Shown: positions 26,304 through 41,824, counted from the stretch's first letter. The stretch is 64,000 nucleotides of DNA from Eledone cirrhosa (GCA_964016885.1 OZ024756.1:29946001-30010000), one strand, 5' to 3'. The notes: generated by a model from the sequence alone, not told the origin. Numbers and translations are program-made.

Positions 26304-26965
26304 CATAATGGTTATTTGTTGCTGCCAAAGATATGTAACATATTACAAACTGCTCTCACGAGTTAACAAAACACTGGCTTATAGTCTCCCGAATGGCGTC
26401 TATCGACTCCGCCCCCTCTCTCTGTCTGTATATATATCTTTCTCTGTCGCAAACACATACACTCACACACATACACACACGCATGCACGCATATATATAT
26501 GTGTAATATATATATATATGTAATATATATATATATATATCTAATATATATATTTATATGTAATATATATATATATATATGTAATATATATTTATGTAAT
26601 ATATATATATATATGTAATATATATATGTAATATATATATATATGTAATACATATATACATATGTAATATATATATGTAATATATATATACATATGTAAT
26701 ATATATATATATATGTAATATATATATATATATATATATATATGTAATATATATATATGTAATATATATGTATATTTAATATATATATATGTAATATATA
26801 TATATATATATATGTAATATATATATGTAATATATATATATGTTATATATATATATATGTAATTTATATATATATGTAATATATATATGTAATATATATA
26901 TATATGTAATATATATATATATACATATGTAATATATATATATATGTAATATATATATACATATG

Positions 26966-27008
<43 letters not shown>

Positions 27009-27047
27009 GTCTCAATTACACATTGTATTTATGCAGATATAACTTTA

Positions 27048-27140
<93 letters not shown>

Positions 27141-27603
27141 GTCCCACAAAGTAACAGACTGACAAACACAGACACACACAGACACACACAGCCATACACA
27201 GACACACACAGTCACATATATACACTTTCTCTTTCTCCTTAACAAACACACACATATCTAAGCCCGCACACACACACACACACACAGACAGACGCACGTC
27301 CGCCTCTTCTTCCTTACACACTTCCGCCTCCAACGCTGTTCGTTCCTATCTCCTCCAATGCCTTCTCTGTCAGTCTCTTCCTACCTCTCTCTTATCCTCT
27401 ATCCTCCACCCACCACACTCTATTACCTCCCCTTACTTCCACTACTGGGTCTAATCTCGTCATTTCCCTCTCCTGATGATGGCTGACATTTTCTTCCACA
27501 GCGATATGGAAACAACAAGGGAAACAAACGTAATACCCACCCCACACATATACGGCATCAGCATATATATATGTGTACATACATATACATATATATATAT
27601 ATG

Positions 27604-27708
<105 letters not shown>

Positions 27709-28579
27709 GTATATATATATGTATATATATATGTATATATATATATATACACACACACATAAGTGTGTGTGTTTGTGTGAGTGTGTTTTGTATGTGTGGG
27801 TGTAAATATATTTATATATATATTTATACACACACATATATATATGTGTATATATATATACTCACAAACATATGTATGTATATATGTATGTATGTATGTA
27901 TATATGTATATATATATATATATGTATGTATGCATGTATGTATGTATACACCCCCTACACACATATATATCTATATCTATATCTATTGTACATCAGCAAG
28001 CAACAATGAGTCATATGTGATAATATATTCATCCCAAGAGATACGCCAGCGTTTAACACCCATCCCAGCAACAAGTGCTCCCCTTCACCCTAACCACATC
28101 TGCACCAACATTACCATGGTCCAGCCACTAAACATCACCTACACCCTCACACCACACCACACATCACCACAGATCACTACACCACACCCTTTGCCCACTG
28201 TAGAGAACTTAAGTTTATATCCTCGCAGGAATTTTTTGCTGGCTGTTAGTCTTGTCCAATCAGAATCTTACAAATGCTCCAATCGTCGCCATTTTATTTT
28301 TCGATGTTGGAAAAAACAATAATGAACAAAAACAAAACAAATAAACAATTAAACAAAAACAAAACAACGAGAAACGAAAAGAATTGTTTTTTTTGTCTTT
28401 TTTTTTGTTATATTTACTTTTATTTTTAATTTTTATACTATATTCTTTCTTTCTTATGAAATTTGTATCATATAAATGTTTCTGTTCTTGTGATGTCTGT
28501 TGTTATTGTTGTTGTTGTTTTTGTTGTTGTTATTCTCGACTGGACAAAACATGGTTGAATGGTTCGGACCTGAGCGGGA

Positions 28580-28704
28580 TCTGAGTTCAAATCCCGCCCA
28601 GGTTAACTTTGTCTTTCATCCTTACAGGTCGATAAAATAAAGTACCAGTCACGCACTGGGGTCGATTTAATTGCTGGCCTTGTGCCTTTATACGAAACCA
28701 TTAT
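28580..28704 (+). mobile_element. SINE family A, 5'-truncated
   Basis: TCTGAGTTCAAATCCCGCC...GTCGATAAAATAAAGTACCAGTCACGCACTGG. Confidence 0.85.
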
Positions 28705-28707
28705 ATT

Positions 28708-28830
28708 GAGTTCAATCCCACGGTATCGCATCATATGCCTATATGTCATTTATCATAGCTTTAGGTTTAGATCGACGTAAACCTTGTGAGTGAACCTGGG
28801 TTAGACGGAGACTGTTTGGAAGCCCGCCTG
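28708..28830 (+). mobile_element. decayed SINE family B
   Basis: B-box GAGTTCAATCCC and 3' CCTTGTGAGTG...TAGACGGAGACTGTTTGGAAGCCCG. Confidence 0.55.
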
Positions 28831-28994
28831 ATGGACTGGATTGGACTGGACTGGACCTGTAATTTAATGTTAATGAACGATCTTTGTTATACATTTTGTT
28901 TGTGGAATGCTTAGTCACTGGCACGGTAAATTCGTTGATCGAAAAACAGGGGAACAAGGATCATCGAAACTGACGGAGATCCTGCCATTATACT

Positions 28995-29215
28995 TGTTGT
29001 TGTTAATGTTTAGCCCCAGGTCAGCATTCACTAGGCAAACATATGATCACTAGGTTGGAGTATGTGATTTAAGGAATACAAGAAACTTTAAGAATTCTTG
29101 TTGCAAGTAAAAATCTTCTGCCTTTACACTTACACACATACACATGCATACACACATTGGCACACACAGATATGCGTTTACGTATGCATACACACAGGTA
29201 TACATACGCATTTTA

Positions 29216-29266
<51 letters not shown>

Positions 29267-29405
29267 GGACTACATTGTCCTAAATATGTTTCCTTTGTTT
29301 AAGACGTTAGTCACGAGATTATGGTATATTTCTTGAAGCTCAATCATCTGGCATCTTGCTGCTATTTCTAGCAAATAGTGTAACCACTATGCTGGCATTC
29401 CCTTC
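28995..29405 (-). mobile_element. decayed SINE family D interrupted by microsatellite
   Basis: (TTG)n-GTTTAGCCCCAGGTCAGC...TATGATCA and GCTGCTATT (reverse complement AATAGCAGC at 45527-45535). Confidence 0.45.
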
Positions 29406-30031
29406 TCGTTGTCTCGTGATTGATATCCATCATATAGCATGAAGGGGGGGGGGGCGTATTAATTCATATTGATATCGTTTTCTGGATCAGCTCTCTGTGG
29501 AGTTGTCATGGTGATATCAGATGATGGTTGGTTGGTGTTGGTGTTGTTGGTGATAGTAATTATAGTATCTTTATTAGTAGTAGTGGTAGTAGTGGTAGTA
29601 GTGGTAGTAGTAGAAGTAGGAATAGTAGAAGTAGAAGGTGGAGGAAGAGGAGAAGGAGGAGGAGTTTGATATCGATTTGTTACTTACAACAATCACAATA
29701 ACACCACCACCACCACAATAACACCACCACCACCACCACCACCACAACAACAACAACAACAACAGCAACAAAGAATGGTGACATCATCGCAGCACTGTGT
29801 ACCGGATATAATTGAAATTGTGATTTCATGTGATATCATGTGATATCACGAGATATCCATTTTTAATTCACGAAGTAAAGACCGGCTCCGCTCCAATGAT
29901 ATTGTTTCTTTCTGAACAGACAAAGGCAGGAGTAGAGAGGGAGAGAGGATGGGAGGAGTTTCACATGATATTATCTATCAGTAATTGGACACGGGACTGA
30001 TACGATATTTATGATATCATGCATACATACA

Positions 30032-30150
30032 CATGGCTGCGTGCTAGAAGGGTTCTTGTGAAAAAAAACAAACATTTGGAGTGGTTTCGGGTTCAGCCGC
30101 ACTATGTGGAGGAATTGTGGGCAAGTGTCTTTTACTTCGAGGGTCAGTTA
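30032..30150 (+). mobile_element. decayed SINE family B head (CORE-like)
   Basis: ATGGCTGCGTG...GGGTTCAG...TGGGCAAGTGTCTT. Confidence 0.45.
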
Positions 30151-30164
30151 AAAAAACCCAAAAC

Positions 30165-30250
30165 CATTGGCTGAAAAGTTCATAGGCTGACCATGATACT
30201 CTCGTGGAATGTCCAAATGAAGTTTATTTTTCAACATATTCTCTGGAAAG
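30165..30250 (+). mobile_element. mariner-type TIR/end fragment (second copy at 30699-30765)
   Basis: TTGGCTGAAAAGTTCATAGGCTGACCA...ATACTCTC...CCAAATGAAG in both copies. Confidence 0.6.
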
Positions 30251-30266
30251 AAACAATACAGCTATA

Positions 30267-30392
<126 letters not shown>

Positions 30393-30633
30393 ACCAACCT
30401 TCCAGGGGTCTGGGTATAATTTTCAATCATATTTTATTTGTTTGACCCGAATTACTTGGTCGTTTCTATGGCTGTGTGGGTAATGGTTTAACCATCGTCT
30501 CAGTGTGTTTGGCCTTTTAACTTATGTTGTAGCTCTAGTTCACTAGCTTCTATGGAGCGCTTGCCACACATCTCGGAAGTTGTTTTTACGCTAATTTCCA
30601 ATAACCGAAATACGATTCTCGCTAATTTATATT

Positions 30634-30681
<48 letters not shown>

Positions 30682-30756
30682 GGGAACTGTGAAATATCTA
30701 CGAAAGTCGGCTGAAAAGTTTCATTGGCTGACCAAATACTCTCATCTAAATTACCA

Positions 30757-31372
30757 AATGAAGAAGATAGAGAGGAAGAAGAAGAAGAAGAAGAAGAAGA
30801 TAGAGAGAAGAAGAAGAAGAAGAAGATAGAGAAGAAGAAGAAGTAGAAGAAGAAGAAGAAGAAGAAGAAGAAGATAGAGAAGATGAAGAAGAAGTAGAAG
30901 AAGAAGAAGAAGAATGATAGAAGAAGAGCAACAAGAAGAAGAAGAAGAAGAAGAAGGAAGAGAAGAAGAAGAAAAGAAGAATGAGAAGAAGAAGAAAAAT
31001 AAGAATGAGAAGAAGAAGAAGAAGAAGGAGGAGGAGGAGGAGGAGGAGGAGGAGGAGAAGAAGAAGATTAAGAAGAAGGAGAAGAAGAAGAAGAAGAAGA
31101 AGAAGAAGAAGAAAAAGAAGAATGAGAAGAAGAAGAAGAAGGAGGAGGAGAAGAAGAAAAAGAAGAATGAGAAGAAGAAGAAGAAGAAGAAGAAGAAGAA
31201 AAAGAAGAATGAGAAGAAGAAGAAGAAGAAGAAGAAGGAGAGGAGGAGGAGAAGAAGAGAAAAAAAGAAGAATGAGAAGAAGAAGAAGAAGAAGAAGAAG
31301 AAGAAGAAGAAGAAGGAGGAGGAGGAGAAGAAGAAGAAGATTAAGAAGAAGAAGAAGAAGAAGAAGGAGGAG
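30757..31372. repeat. (GAA)n polypurine array
   Basis: direct reading. Confidence 0.95.
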
Positions 31373-31893
31373 GTTTATTATATGAAGCCAGGGAGAGGAG
31401 ATGAGCTCCAACAAAGTTTAAATGTCCAAGAAACGCCGCATGGCATTACGACGGCCCTACGCGTCACCAATCCATATATCCATCCATACATCCACCCATC
31501 CATCCATACATAGATACATACAATGTCTTATGCTTTTGTTTACTCACATTTATCCGTTGGCAAGATTGAAAGCCAACATGATACTAAAATAACAACTGAC
31601 AAATATATTTATTTTGGACAGCTGCTAATGTTGGAAAACGGCCATATAGGGAAAGTAAAAAGACGAATCCAAGATGGATGACGTATGTTGGTAAAATTAA
31701 CCAACCACATCTTCTGATACCACTATGGAAGGAGAACAGAGTGACTTTACAGTTTATCTATCATACCAGTAATATCGTATGGGCAAGAGGCATAATCATC
31801 ATCATCATAATCATCACCCTCTTCTTCTTCTTCTTCTTCTTCTTCTTCTTCTTCTTCTTCTTCTTCTTCTTCTTCTTCTTCTTCTTCTTCTTC

Positions 31894-31930
<37 letters not shown>

Positions 31931-31969
31931 AAAGAGAAAACACAGGTAAGCATTAAGAGAAAGATTTTT

Positions 31970-32022
<53 letters not shown>

Positions 32023-32040
32023 GTATTAATATATATATAT

Positions 32041-33441
32041 TATCAACTAGAAATTGATTGACATATAAATATATTTAAATAAACACATGAAACAATGACA
32101 GGGGGATAATTTGTAAAGTGTGTAATCACACATAGCTAGGTAGATAACCAATTAAAGTTTAACTAGAGCTTCAAATATTAGCTTTAAAAAATTATTAAAT
32201 TTTTTAAAACTAATTTTTTAAAAGGTAATATTTGAAGCTCTAGTTAAACTTTAATTAGTTACCTACCTAGCTATGTGTGATTACACACTTTACAAATTAT
32301 CCCCTGTGATTGTTTCATTGTGTTTATTTTAAATATATATATATACTAGCAGAGGTACCCGGCGTTGCTCGGGTATTAAATAGCAGTTGTGTATACCATT
32401 TATGTCAATACTTCAGTGCTGCTTCGAAAACTATACTTTTACAAAATCATCGGGTTTTTCTAAAAAAGGGGGGTTTCCTGCCCCCAGGGGTCCCCTACAC
32501 AATATGTGCAATTCTGAGAGTTCACATTCATCTGTAGGACAAACGTAGCCCATGTGTCAAGTTTTGTGAAAATCGGCTGCGAACTCCAGAAGTTATGACG
32601 TTTTGTTGCATTGCACTGCAGTGCTTCAGTCGACTCCAAGAAAGAGGTTAAAGGGGGTTATCTGCCGGAGAGGTCCTATAATCAATATCTGGAAAAATGA
32701 AAGTGCCCATGACCATCCGAGTACATAAGTAACCTATGTCTTAAGTTTGGTGAAAATACTGTAGAAATGTATAAGGTTTATACATACGCGTGCGTGCGTG
32801 TGTGTGTGTGTGTTTGTGGGTGTGTATGTATTTGTGTGCGCGTATATATGTGTATGTCCGTCGGGGCATACGTATGTACTGGCCTAAATCTTCACTATTT
32901 ACTTTTACTATTTTAATAATCTCTGTCATTTTCGTTTCTATTTTATTTACATCATTCTTAAACTCCGGGGCTGGAAATCATTCTGTTATTTTAAATAGAA
33001 TATTAGTCTAACGACTCCATTTATACCATAAACTTGGTCTTGTCTTTGCATGAAATTGTTCTTGACGCTCCACATAACGACGTATTATCCTCGCTTTTCC
33101 CCGTTCATTGCCAGGGAACGTCTTCACGAACCAAAATATCGTCTTCCTGTTTCGTTCAGTTGCAACGTTTCTCGAAATATTTACTTCTGCGTTCACAGAT
33201 TACTCTCAGTTTAATTTGAATGGGAAATTCCTGTTTCATCGATTTTCTCCGTAACCATGGAAGCTTGTAGCTTGAACGTCGACCCAACGCCTCCTCGGGT
33301 CATTCTGCATAACTGTGTAAATTTTCGCTGCATTCCACCAAGCCGTTTCGACGTTTATCCGACTACACCTACTTACTTAAATATACAACGTCCGACCACT
33401 TCCAATTTATATAGTAGATGTCAATCAATTTCTAGTTGATA
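32041..33441. repeat. ~155-bp-arm fold-back palindrome whose right arm is split by the Helitron
   Basis: left arm ~32041-32195; right arm ~32210-32345 plus 33419-33441 (TGTCAATCAATTTCTAGTTGATA is the reverse complement of 32041-32063). Confidence 0.85.
32346..33418 (-). mobile_element. complete non-autonomous Helitron (1073 bp)
   Basis: minus strand A|TCTACTATATAAA...CCCGAGCAACGCCGGG hairpin...CTAG|T; no TSD; removing it restores the host palindrome arm. Confidence 0.9.
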
Positions 33442-33546
33442 TAAAATGCTCGGATCTATTCATTGGAATCTTTGAGCTTATTCTACGGTGGATATGGCGC
33501 ATGTCTCGGATATGACTCCCTTAAGTTAATTTAGTTAAATTAATTT

Positions 33547-33592
<46 letters not shown>

Positions 33593-33937
33593 GAGAGAGA
33601 GAGAGAAAGAGAGCGAGAGAGAGGAAAGAGAGAGAGGAAAGAGAGAGAGGAAAGAGAGAGAGGAAAGAGAGAGTAATACAGACCACACACATGTACAAAT
33701 AGTAACATACAAACCCCTATATATATGATACAAACAACACACTATTTATGCAATTTTTCATGAATTTTTGCTTGTCCTAAATATTTTAATTTAGAAAATT
33801 CCGTTTTTTCCCCCTTCTATTTCTACCAGAAAGCCCGGAGCTATGAAAGGGGGAGCGTTTTTACGCACACACACACCGCTTTATACACACACAGTTCCAT
33901 ACACACTCATGGTTCCTCACACACGTTTCTACACACA

Positions 33938-33979
<42 letters not shown>

Positions 33980-34068
33980 GCTTGGTTCAACACACACACG
34001 TTTTCACAAACACATATATAGAGACACACACGCACTCTCTCTATCTACACAAACACACACACACACAC

Positions 34069-34148
<80 letters not shown>

Positions 34149-34227
34149 CATCGCTTACTTTATACATAACTGCAACCTCCACTTTGTCTCTCTCTCTCTG
34201 GCTGTGTAATCTTGTGCTTTTCTTTCT

Positions 34228-34278
<51 letters not shown>

Positions 34279-34288
34279 CTCTCCCTCT

Positions 34289-34377
<89 letters not shown>

Positions 34378-34451
34378 ATATATATATACGTGTATATATA
34401 TAAGTGAATGTAGAGGATCGACCGCGTGCTCAATAGGATTCGGCTAGTTAA

Positions 34452-34536
<85 letters not shown>

Positions 34537-34563
34537 GTATATATCTGTATATATGTATATGTG

Positions 34564-34617
<54 letters not shown>

Positions 34618-35142
34618 ATATATATATGTATATGTGTATATATATATATGCACATATCTGTGTATGCATGTATGTAAATATGTACGTATGATAATGATAG
34701 TAATAGTAAATATATCCATGGCTGGTTGGTTGTAGCTAGGAAACCAAACCTTCCCTTTATATTTTGTATATATTCAGTGCTCCTTAGCTCCTTATATTGT
34801 GGGTGTTAGTGCAGCGACAGCGGCGGGGCGGTTTTGGTGGTGGTAGTGTGTGTGTGTATGTGTGTGTGTGTGTGTGTGTGTGGAGAAGAATAGAAGATAG
34901 AGCGGCGGCTAGAGTAGGTGGTGTGTGTTGTTGTGTGGGTGTGTTGTTGTGTATTTCCGTTCCCCCTTTGTTAACTTCCGCTTTGCTATTTTCTTAAAGA
35001 TAGAGTTTCTATTTTTATAAACATGGCTGCTCCGTGTCGTTGCCGTCTTCTTCTTCTTCTTCTTCTTCTTCTTCTTCTTCTTCTTCTTCTTCTTCTTCTT
35101 CTTCTTCTTCTTCTTCTTCTTCTTCTTCTTCTTCTTCTTCGT

Positions 35143-35187
<45 letters not shown>

Positions 35188-35513
35188 TTCTTCCTTTCCT
35201 TCCTTCTGTCTCTCTCTCTATATATTTTCATACAGTTAAAGACACAAACTGAGTTACATCAAGTACAAGACATTCCCATCACACCCTTTCATCATCCCAC
35301 CAGCCCCCCTCACCCTCCTACCTCCACCTCCTCATCCTTCTCTTCGCCGCTCCGTTTCTCAATCTTTCTCCGTTTCCAGCCCTCCTCCCTGCCATCCGTC
35401 CGCCCTCTCTCATCTCCATATTTTCTACCTGCCCTCCATATCTCAATCACTATCCATTCTTCCATCTCTCCATTCCTCCATCTCTCCATCTCTCGCCATA
35501 TTCTACCGTTCTT

Positions 35514-35940
35514 CTTCTCATCCCTCCATACTTCCATCATCACCAAACTCATTTCTCCCTCCCTATAAACCAGCCACCAGCCAACCAACCGGCCAACCAA
35601 CCAGCCAACCAGCCAACCAGCCAACCAACCGGCCATCCAACCAGCCAACCAACCAACCAACCAGTCAGCCAACAAGCCAACCAGTCAACCAGCCAAACCC
35701 TACACACTCTCCTTCTTTTCCTTCTTCTCATCCCTCCATACTTCCATCATCACCAAACCCCTCTCTCTCCCTCCTTATTAACCAACAAAGCAACCAGCCA
35801 ACCTACTAACCAACTAACTAACCAACCAACCAACCAACCAACCAACCAACCACCAACCAACCAACCAACAACCAACCAATCTACCAGCCAACCATCCAAC
35901 CAACCAGCTAACTAGCCAAACCCTACACAGTCTCCTTCTC
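35514..35940. repeat. ~210-bp tandem duplication enclosing (CCAA/CCAG)n
   Basis: CTTCTCATCCCTCCATACTTCCATCATCACCAAAC at 35514 and 35724; AGCCAAACCCTACAC at 35691 and 35914. Confidence 0.75.
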
Positions 35941-36384
35941 TTTCTCTAGTCCCGACCCCATTTCCAAGACAAAACATTCCATATAAAGTTGCAGTTCTGT
36001 TCTGATCTAATGCGAAATGTATAACAACGATAGGACGTCCCTTGAAGAAGCAAGAAAAGCTATGACCCGGGGCGAGAGAGGTCAATATATAGGGTTACGT
36101 GAGCATACATGCTTAAAAACGCAAGGCAAGAATACAAATAGATACACAAAGAAAGAAGCAAGGAACAGCAGAAAGAACGACAGAAGGAACGACAGAAGGA
36201 ACGACAGAAGGAAAGGCAGAAAGCCCATTTACACGGGTTTCTATGGTGATCTATGAATAGCGGAGATTCCCATTGGAAAATGAAAACAAAGCAAAGGGCA
36301 ATAACCCCCTACCTAAAGACGTACAATATGTTATATATAGCTGTGAAAACTGCTGTTAAAATATTCCTCCCTCATCTTCAAAGA

Positions 36385-36460
36385 AGGTGGAATGGTCACG
36401 GTTGGAATGCTTCGGGTTAGAGGTCTGTCACGACTGACCTGAATCTAAGCAACAACAACA
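36385..36460 (+). mobile_element. SINE family D 3' end
   Basis: ATGGTCACGGTTGGAATG...CTGACCTG..CTAAGCAACAACAAC. Confidence 0.5.
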
Positions 36461-36712
36461 AGAGTTACTATATATATATATCTGATAGGGTGGGGGTTCA
36501 AATACCAGGCGGACCATAACGCACAGCATGGCCTCAGCCGGATGGCTGAAACAGTAAAAGAGATATATATATATATATTTATATATATATATATATATAT
36601 ATATACTCGAGGACGGCCGACTGAGGTAGAAGATGCTAAATAGTCGGTCGTCCCCTTGTCTCTGATTTTCAGCCCATGGATTTTATCTGTTATATTCCTT
36701 TGTTATATTTTG

Positions 36713-36770
36713 ATACCTGATGATGTCACCGGATTCATACTGAACCCGCTCATTGAAATGATCATAGTAT
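36713..36770 (+). ncRNA. type I minimal hammerhead ribozyme (PLE type)
   Basis: ATAC-CTGATGA-stem II (CGGATTCA/TGAACCCG)-GAA-ATGATCAT-A-GTAT; palindromic stem III, AUA site, then AATAAA; downstream 36767-36816 is homologous to 51802-51852. Confidence 0.7.
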
Positions 36771-36819
36771 AATAAACCTTTCAAGGATTTATACCAGTCC
36801 AGCCTCCTGTTATTTTATA

Positions 36820-36949
<130 letters not shown>

Positions 36950-37056
36950 ATATATGTGAAAAAATGGGGGAGAAGAATACTGCAGGTTGCACATGGATAA
37001 CATATATATATATATATATATATATACGTATGTATATATATATATATATATATATA

Positions 37057-37104
<48 letters not shown>

Positions 37105-37284
37105 GTAAGTATATATATATATGCATCCCAACGGCCCCATCAAAAATTCAAGTGCAGTGTATGGTAGTTGAAACGATGAAACAATTTAGCATTGTAACAT
37201 TAACATGTAGAGGCTGTATAGCAACGGAAAGCAACGTAAGGCAACGGACGGAAAGCAACGAAAAGCAACGGAAAGACAACGCTA

Positions 37285-37484
37285 NNNNNNNNNNNNNNNN
37301 NNNNNNNNNNNNNNNNNNNNNNNNNNNNNNNNNNNNNNNNNNNNNNNNNNNNNNNNNNNNNNNNNNNNNNNNNNNNNNNNNNNNNNNNNNNNNNNNNNNN
37401 NNNNNNNNNNNNNNNNNNNNNNNNNNNNNNNNNNNNNNNNNNNNNNNNNNNNNNNNNNNNNNNNNNNNNNNNNNNNNNNNNNNN
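37285..37484. other. assembly gap (200 N)
   Basis: direct reading; adjacency across it is not sequence-supported. Confidence 1.
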
Positions 37485-37561
37485 AAACTATATATCTCTC
37501 CCTCTATCGCTCTACAAATTATCTCTCTCTATCTCTTCAATTATCTCTCTCATTCTCTCCA

Positions 37562-37592
<31 letters not shown>

Positions 37593-37935
37593 CAAAACTA
37601 TTTCACACTCTTCAAACTATCTCTCTCTCCAAGTTCTCTCTCTTGACTTTCTTATTTATCTGTCCAAACTCTCTGAATCGTCTCACTTTAACTCACTCTC
37701 CTGACTCTCTCTCTTTCAATTTAACTCACTCTCCAAACTATCTCTCTCTTCCACCTCTCTCTCTCGCCCTCCAAACTATCTCCCTCTCTCAACATTCCGA
37801 TTTATCTGTCCAAACTTTATCATATCTTCCATTCATCTGCCCCTTCTTGCTATGCTGCCTCTCTGCCCTACCTCTCTTTAAATATTTCTTATTTCATTCC
37901 TATCTCTTTCTCTTATTTCTCCCACCCATCTCTCT

Positions 37936-37988
<53 letters not shown>

Positions 37989-37994
37989 TCTCTC

Positions 37995-38025
<31 letters not shown>

Positions 38026-38112
38026 CGCTCGCTGATTTCTGTCACCCATCTCTCTATCTATCTTTCTGATCTCTTTCATTTCACAATTCCATCTCTCTGT
38101 CCAATCTCTCAT

Positions 38113-38177
<65 letters not shown>

Positions 38178-38333
38178 GACGGGGTATTAAACAACCCATT
38201 TGTGGCGCTTCCCCCCTATTGGGGATTTCGATTGTTATAATTGTTTGTTTTAAATTTTTTACATGACTGGATGTAAAATCCCCGGCATGTCTTTGTGTTG
38301 TCCCCTTTTCTTGTGCGTCCTTGTGGCTAATAA

Positions 38334-38400
<67 letters not shown>
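38178..38400 (+). mobile_element. 5'-truncated (TATC)n-tailed LINE copy within (ATCT)n
   Basis: CCCCCCTATTGGGG...TGTAAAATCCCCGGCAT...GGCTAATAAA-(TCTA)n; (ATCT)n also upstream at 38116-38176. Confidence 0.75.
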
Positions 38401-38413
<13 letters not shown>

Positions 38414-38862
38414 ATCTATTTGTCTATCTATCTATTTGTCTGTCCAATCTATTTGTCTGTCTGTCTATCTATTTGTCTGTCTATCTCTCTATGCCGAAGG
38501 GAAGGTTGTATGTGCTACTTACAATACATTAAATGAATGAGAATTCATATACCACCATGAGATATACAAGCTCACATACACACATACGCATATGACACAC
38601 ATATATTCACCATACACACATACACATGCATATATAAGCATCACCACCGCATACACACACAGCTCACAGGAACATATAATCCACACATATACACACACAC
38701 ATGACGCAAACACATGAATACACAAAAATCACTACCTCTCACACCCATACACGCACACACACGCACACACACGCATACACACACACACACACGCACACAC
38801 CGCACACACACACACACACACACCACACACACCACACACACATACACACACGCACACACACA

Positions 38863-38893
<31 letters not shown>

Positions 38894-39123
38894 TATAAAA
38901 TACATAGTGGTATGTGTTTCCTTAGCCAATAATTTATCTGTGGTACGGTTCCATATAAACACCAATTTTAGGAGACCCCATTGGTTTACTACCTGCAGAT
39001 ATGAAAGATAACGTAATTTTATGACATTCCCTGCAAGTACTCAGAAACACACACACACATGCACATCTGTTCATAATTATATATACAGTATGTATATGTG
39101 CATATAAACACACAATAGTCCTT

Positions 39124-39197
<74 letters not shown>

Positions 39198-39220
39198 CGT
39201 ATATATATATATATATATAC

Positions 39221-39259
<39 letters not shown>

Positions 39260-39323
39260 GTATATATATAAATTTATTTAATTATATATATATATATGTT
39301 ACCAATGTATGTATGTAAGTATG

Positions 39324-39389
<66 letters not shown>

Positions 39390-40060
39390 TATGTAAATAA
39401 TATGTCATATATATATGTATATATCTGTATATATATCTGTATATATATGTATATATATATATAGTATATATAATATATAATATAAATATATATATAAATA
39501 AAAAATAGAAGAAATATATATATCCATATAATTGTATGTATATATAGATATGTATGTAGACATAGAAGGCGTTGGGAAGAAAGAGAGGAGAGAGAGATAG
39601 CGAGTGAGAGACGAGAGAGAGTGAAAGAGGCAAATAACACAAGAAAGAAATAATACGGGAGGGGAGTAAAACAAAAAAGAAAGAAAGAAAGACTAAAAGA
39701 CATATAGAAGGTTAGAAATTGTCACACGAAACACAACAAATACAAACAAAACCAAAAAGAAAAACACAAGGAAAAACAGAAAAGACACACAAACCGAAAC
39801 ACAAAAAAAACAAATGATTTGGCAATTTGTAGCAATTTGAGTACAATTTTACATCGTTCACGTCACCACATCTCGTTGTTGATCAGGTGACATAGTGTGT
39901 GTTTAAATTGCCAGTTTGACGTTGTCTCAAACTGCCCCCCCCCCCCCCCCCCCACCACACACACACAGCCATTGGTTTGCCCAGCCACCGATATTTCTGT
40001 AGTTGACTTTTCTGAAAAAAAAAAGTGTTTTGTTGTTTTATATATATATATATATATATA

Positions 40061-40219
40061 AAAGTATGACCCCGACGGCAGAACTCAAGCCGTTTCGACG
40101 GCTATTTCTGGACTGAAACGGCGTCGGGGTCATACTTTTTCCTATTTCCTACTCTATTACCCTAAGTATTGAGTACTCTGGTGCGTTATGGTCCATCTGT
40201 TTCCTTACCACATTTCCTT
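40061..40219 (+). mobile_element. PLE-like terminal repeat with inverted 5' partial copy, in (TA)n
   Basis: AAAGTATGACCCCGACG...CGTCGGGGTCATACTTT, then a tail that is the reverse complement of 48916-48996. Confidence 0.75.
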
Positions 40220-40222
40220 TGC

Positions 40223-40283
<61 letters not shown>

Positions 40284-40396
40284 GCATATATGTGTGTATA
40301 TATATATACATATATGCATATATATATATATATATTATATATATGCATATATGTGTGTATATATATATACATATATGCATATATATATTATATATA

Positions 40397-40455
<59 letters not shown>

Positions 40456-40618
40456 CATATATGTGTGTATATATATATACATATATGTATATATCTCTCT
40501 CTCTCTATATATATATATATCTATACATCTATATAATTATATATACTATATATATATATATATGTTCATCTCTCTCATTCTCTCTCGCTCTCCGCCTCTC
40601 TTTCTCTCTTTCTCTCTA

Positions 40619-40666
<48 letters not shown>

Positions 40667-40861
40667 CTATATATATATATATATATATATAAATTTATCC
40701 CGAATGAAATAGTTCTAGTCCTGTAGAAGCCATTTCTATATTATATATATATATATATCTATCTATAATATATAATATATAATATACATACCATACACAC
40801 ATACACACACACACACATACGCACGCACACACACAACCCCTCCCACATACTATATATATAT

Positions 40862-40918
<57 letters not shown>

Positions 40919-41033
40919 CATGATATTACTGTATTAGCGAGATAAATCTGGATATAATCAGCTCTAAAGTATTTTGTGTAAATTGGCGTTACTTCATGAT
41001 TTATCACTGAACCGTGTACACAGATACCGTATA

Positions 41034-41072
<39 letters not shown>

Positions 41073-41197
41073 TGTGTGTGTGTGAGTGTGTATGTATATA
41101 TATGTATATAAATATATATATGCAAATATATAGGTATATACATATTATACATATATATGTATGTATATATATTATATATGTATATATACACATATAA

Positions 41198-41238
<41 letters not shown>

Positions 41239-41449
41239 CATATATATATACACACACATATATATAATACATATATATATACACACACATATATAAATAA
41301 TACATATATATGTGTGTGTTTGTGTATGTGTTTGTGTATGTGTGTTGTGCGTGTGTTTGTATATATAAATATATATATATAAATATATATATATAAATAT
41401 ATATATATATAAATATATATATATATAAATATATATATATAAATATACT

Positions 41450-41493
<44 letters not shown>

Positions 41494-41656
41494 TATAATA
41501 TATATATATTTATTAAAATAACAGATTATAAGTTTAAGCAAAGAATCGCTGCTTTCTCCCTTAACGGTTCTTATATATTTGATATATATTTATCCTTATC
41601 GAGCCCTCTTTGGATTTTACTCTTCAAATTTATTATTAATTACTATATATATATAG

Positions 41657-41726
<70 letters not shown>

Positions 41727-41824
41727 TATATGTATGTATATGAATATATGTATACATATATATATATATGTATATGTGTGTGCGGTGCGTGTGCGTTTGT
41801 GTGTGTATATATATATATATATAC

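Noticed and set aside
27473-27520. CTGATGA...GAAAC hammerhead candidate
   Set aside because: No convincing stem II or NUH/stem I
31600-31810. Possible LINE 3' end with (ATC)n tail
   Set aside because: Too decayed; only a vague basic-residue/RWM resemblance
33338-33352. 15-mer CAAGCCGTTTCGACG shared between the Helitron and the PLE palindrome family
   Set aside because: No flanking similarity; cannot be distinguished from coincidence
36017-36256. 79-aa ORF in non-repetitive sequence
   Set aside because: No recognisable motif, 3' half is a short tandem repeat, no supported splice structure
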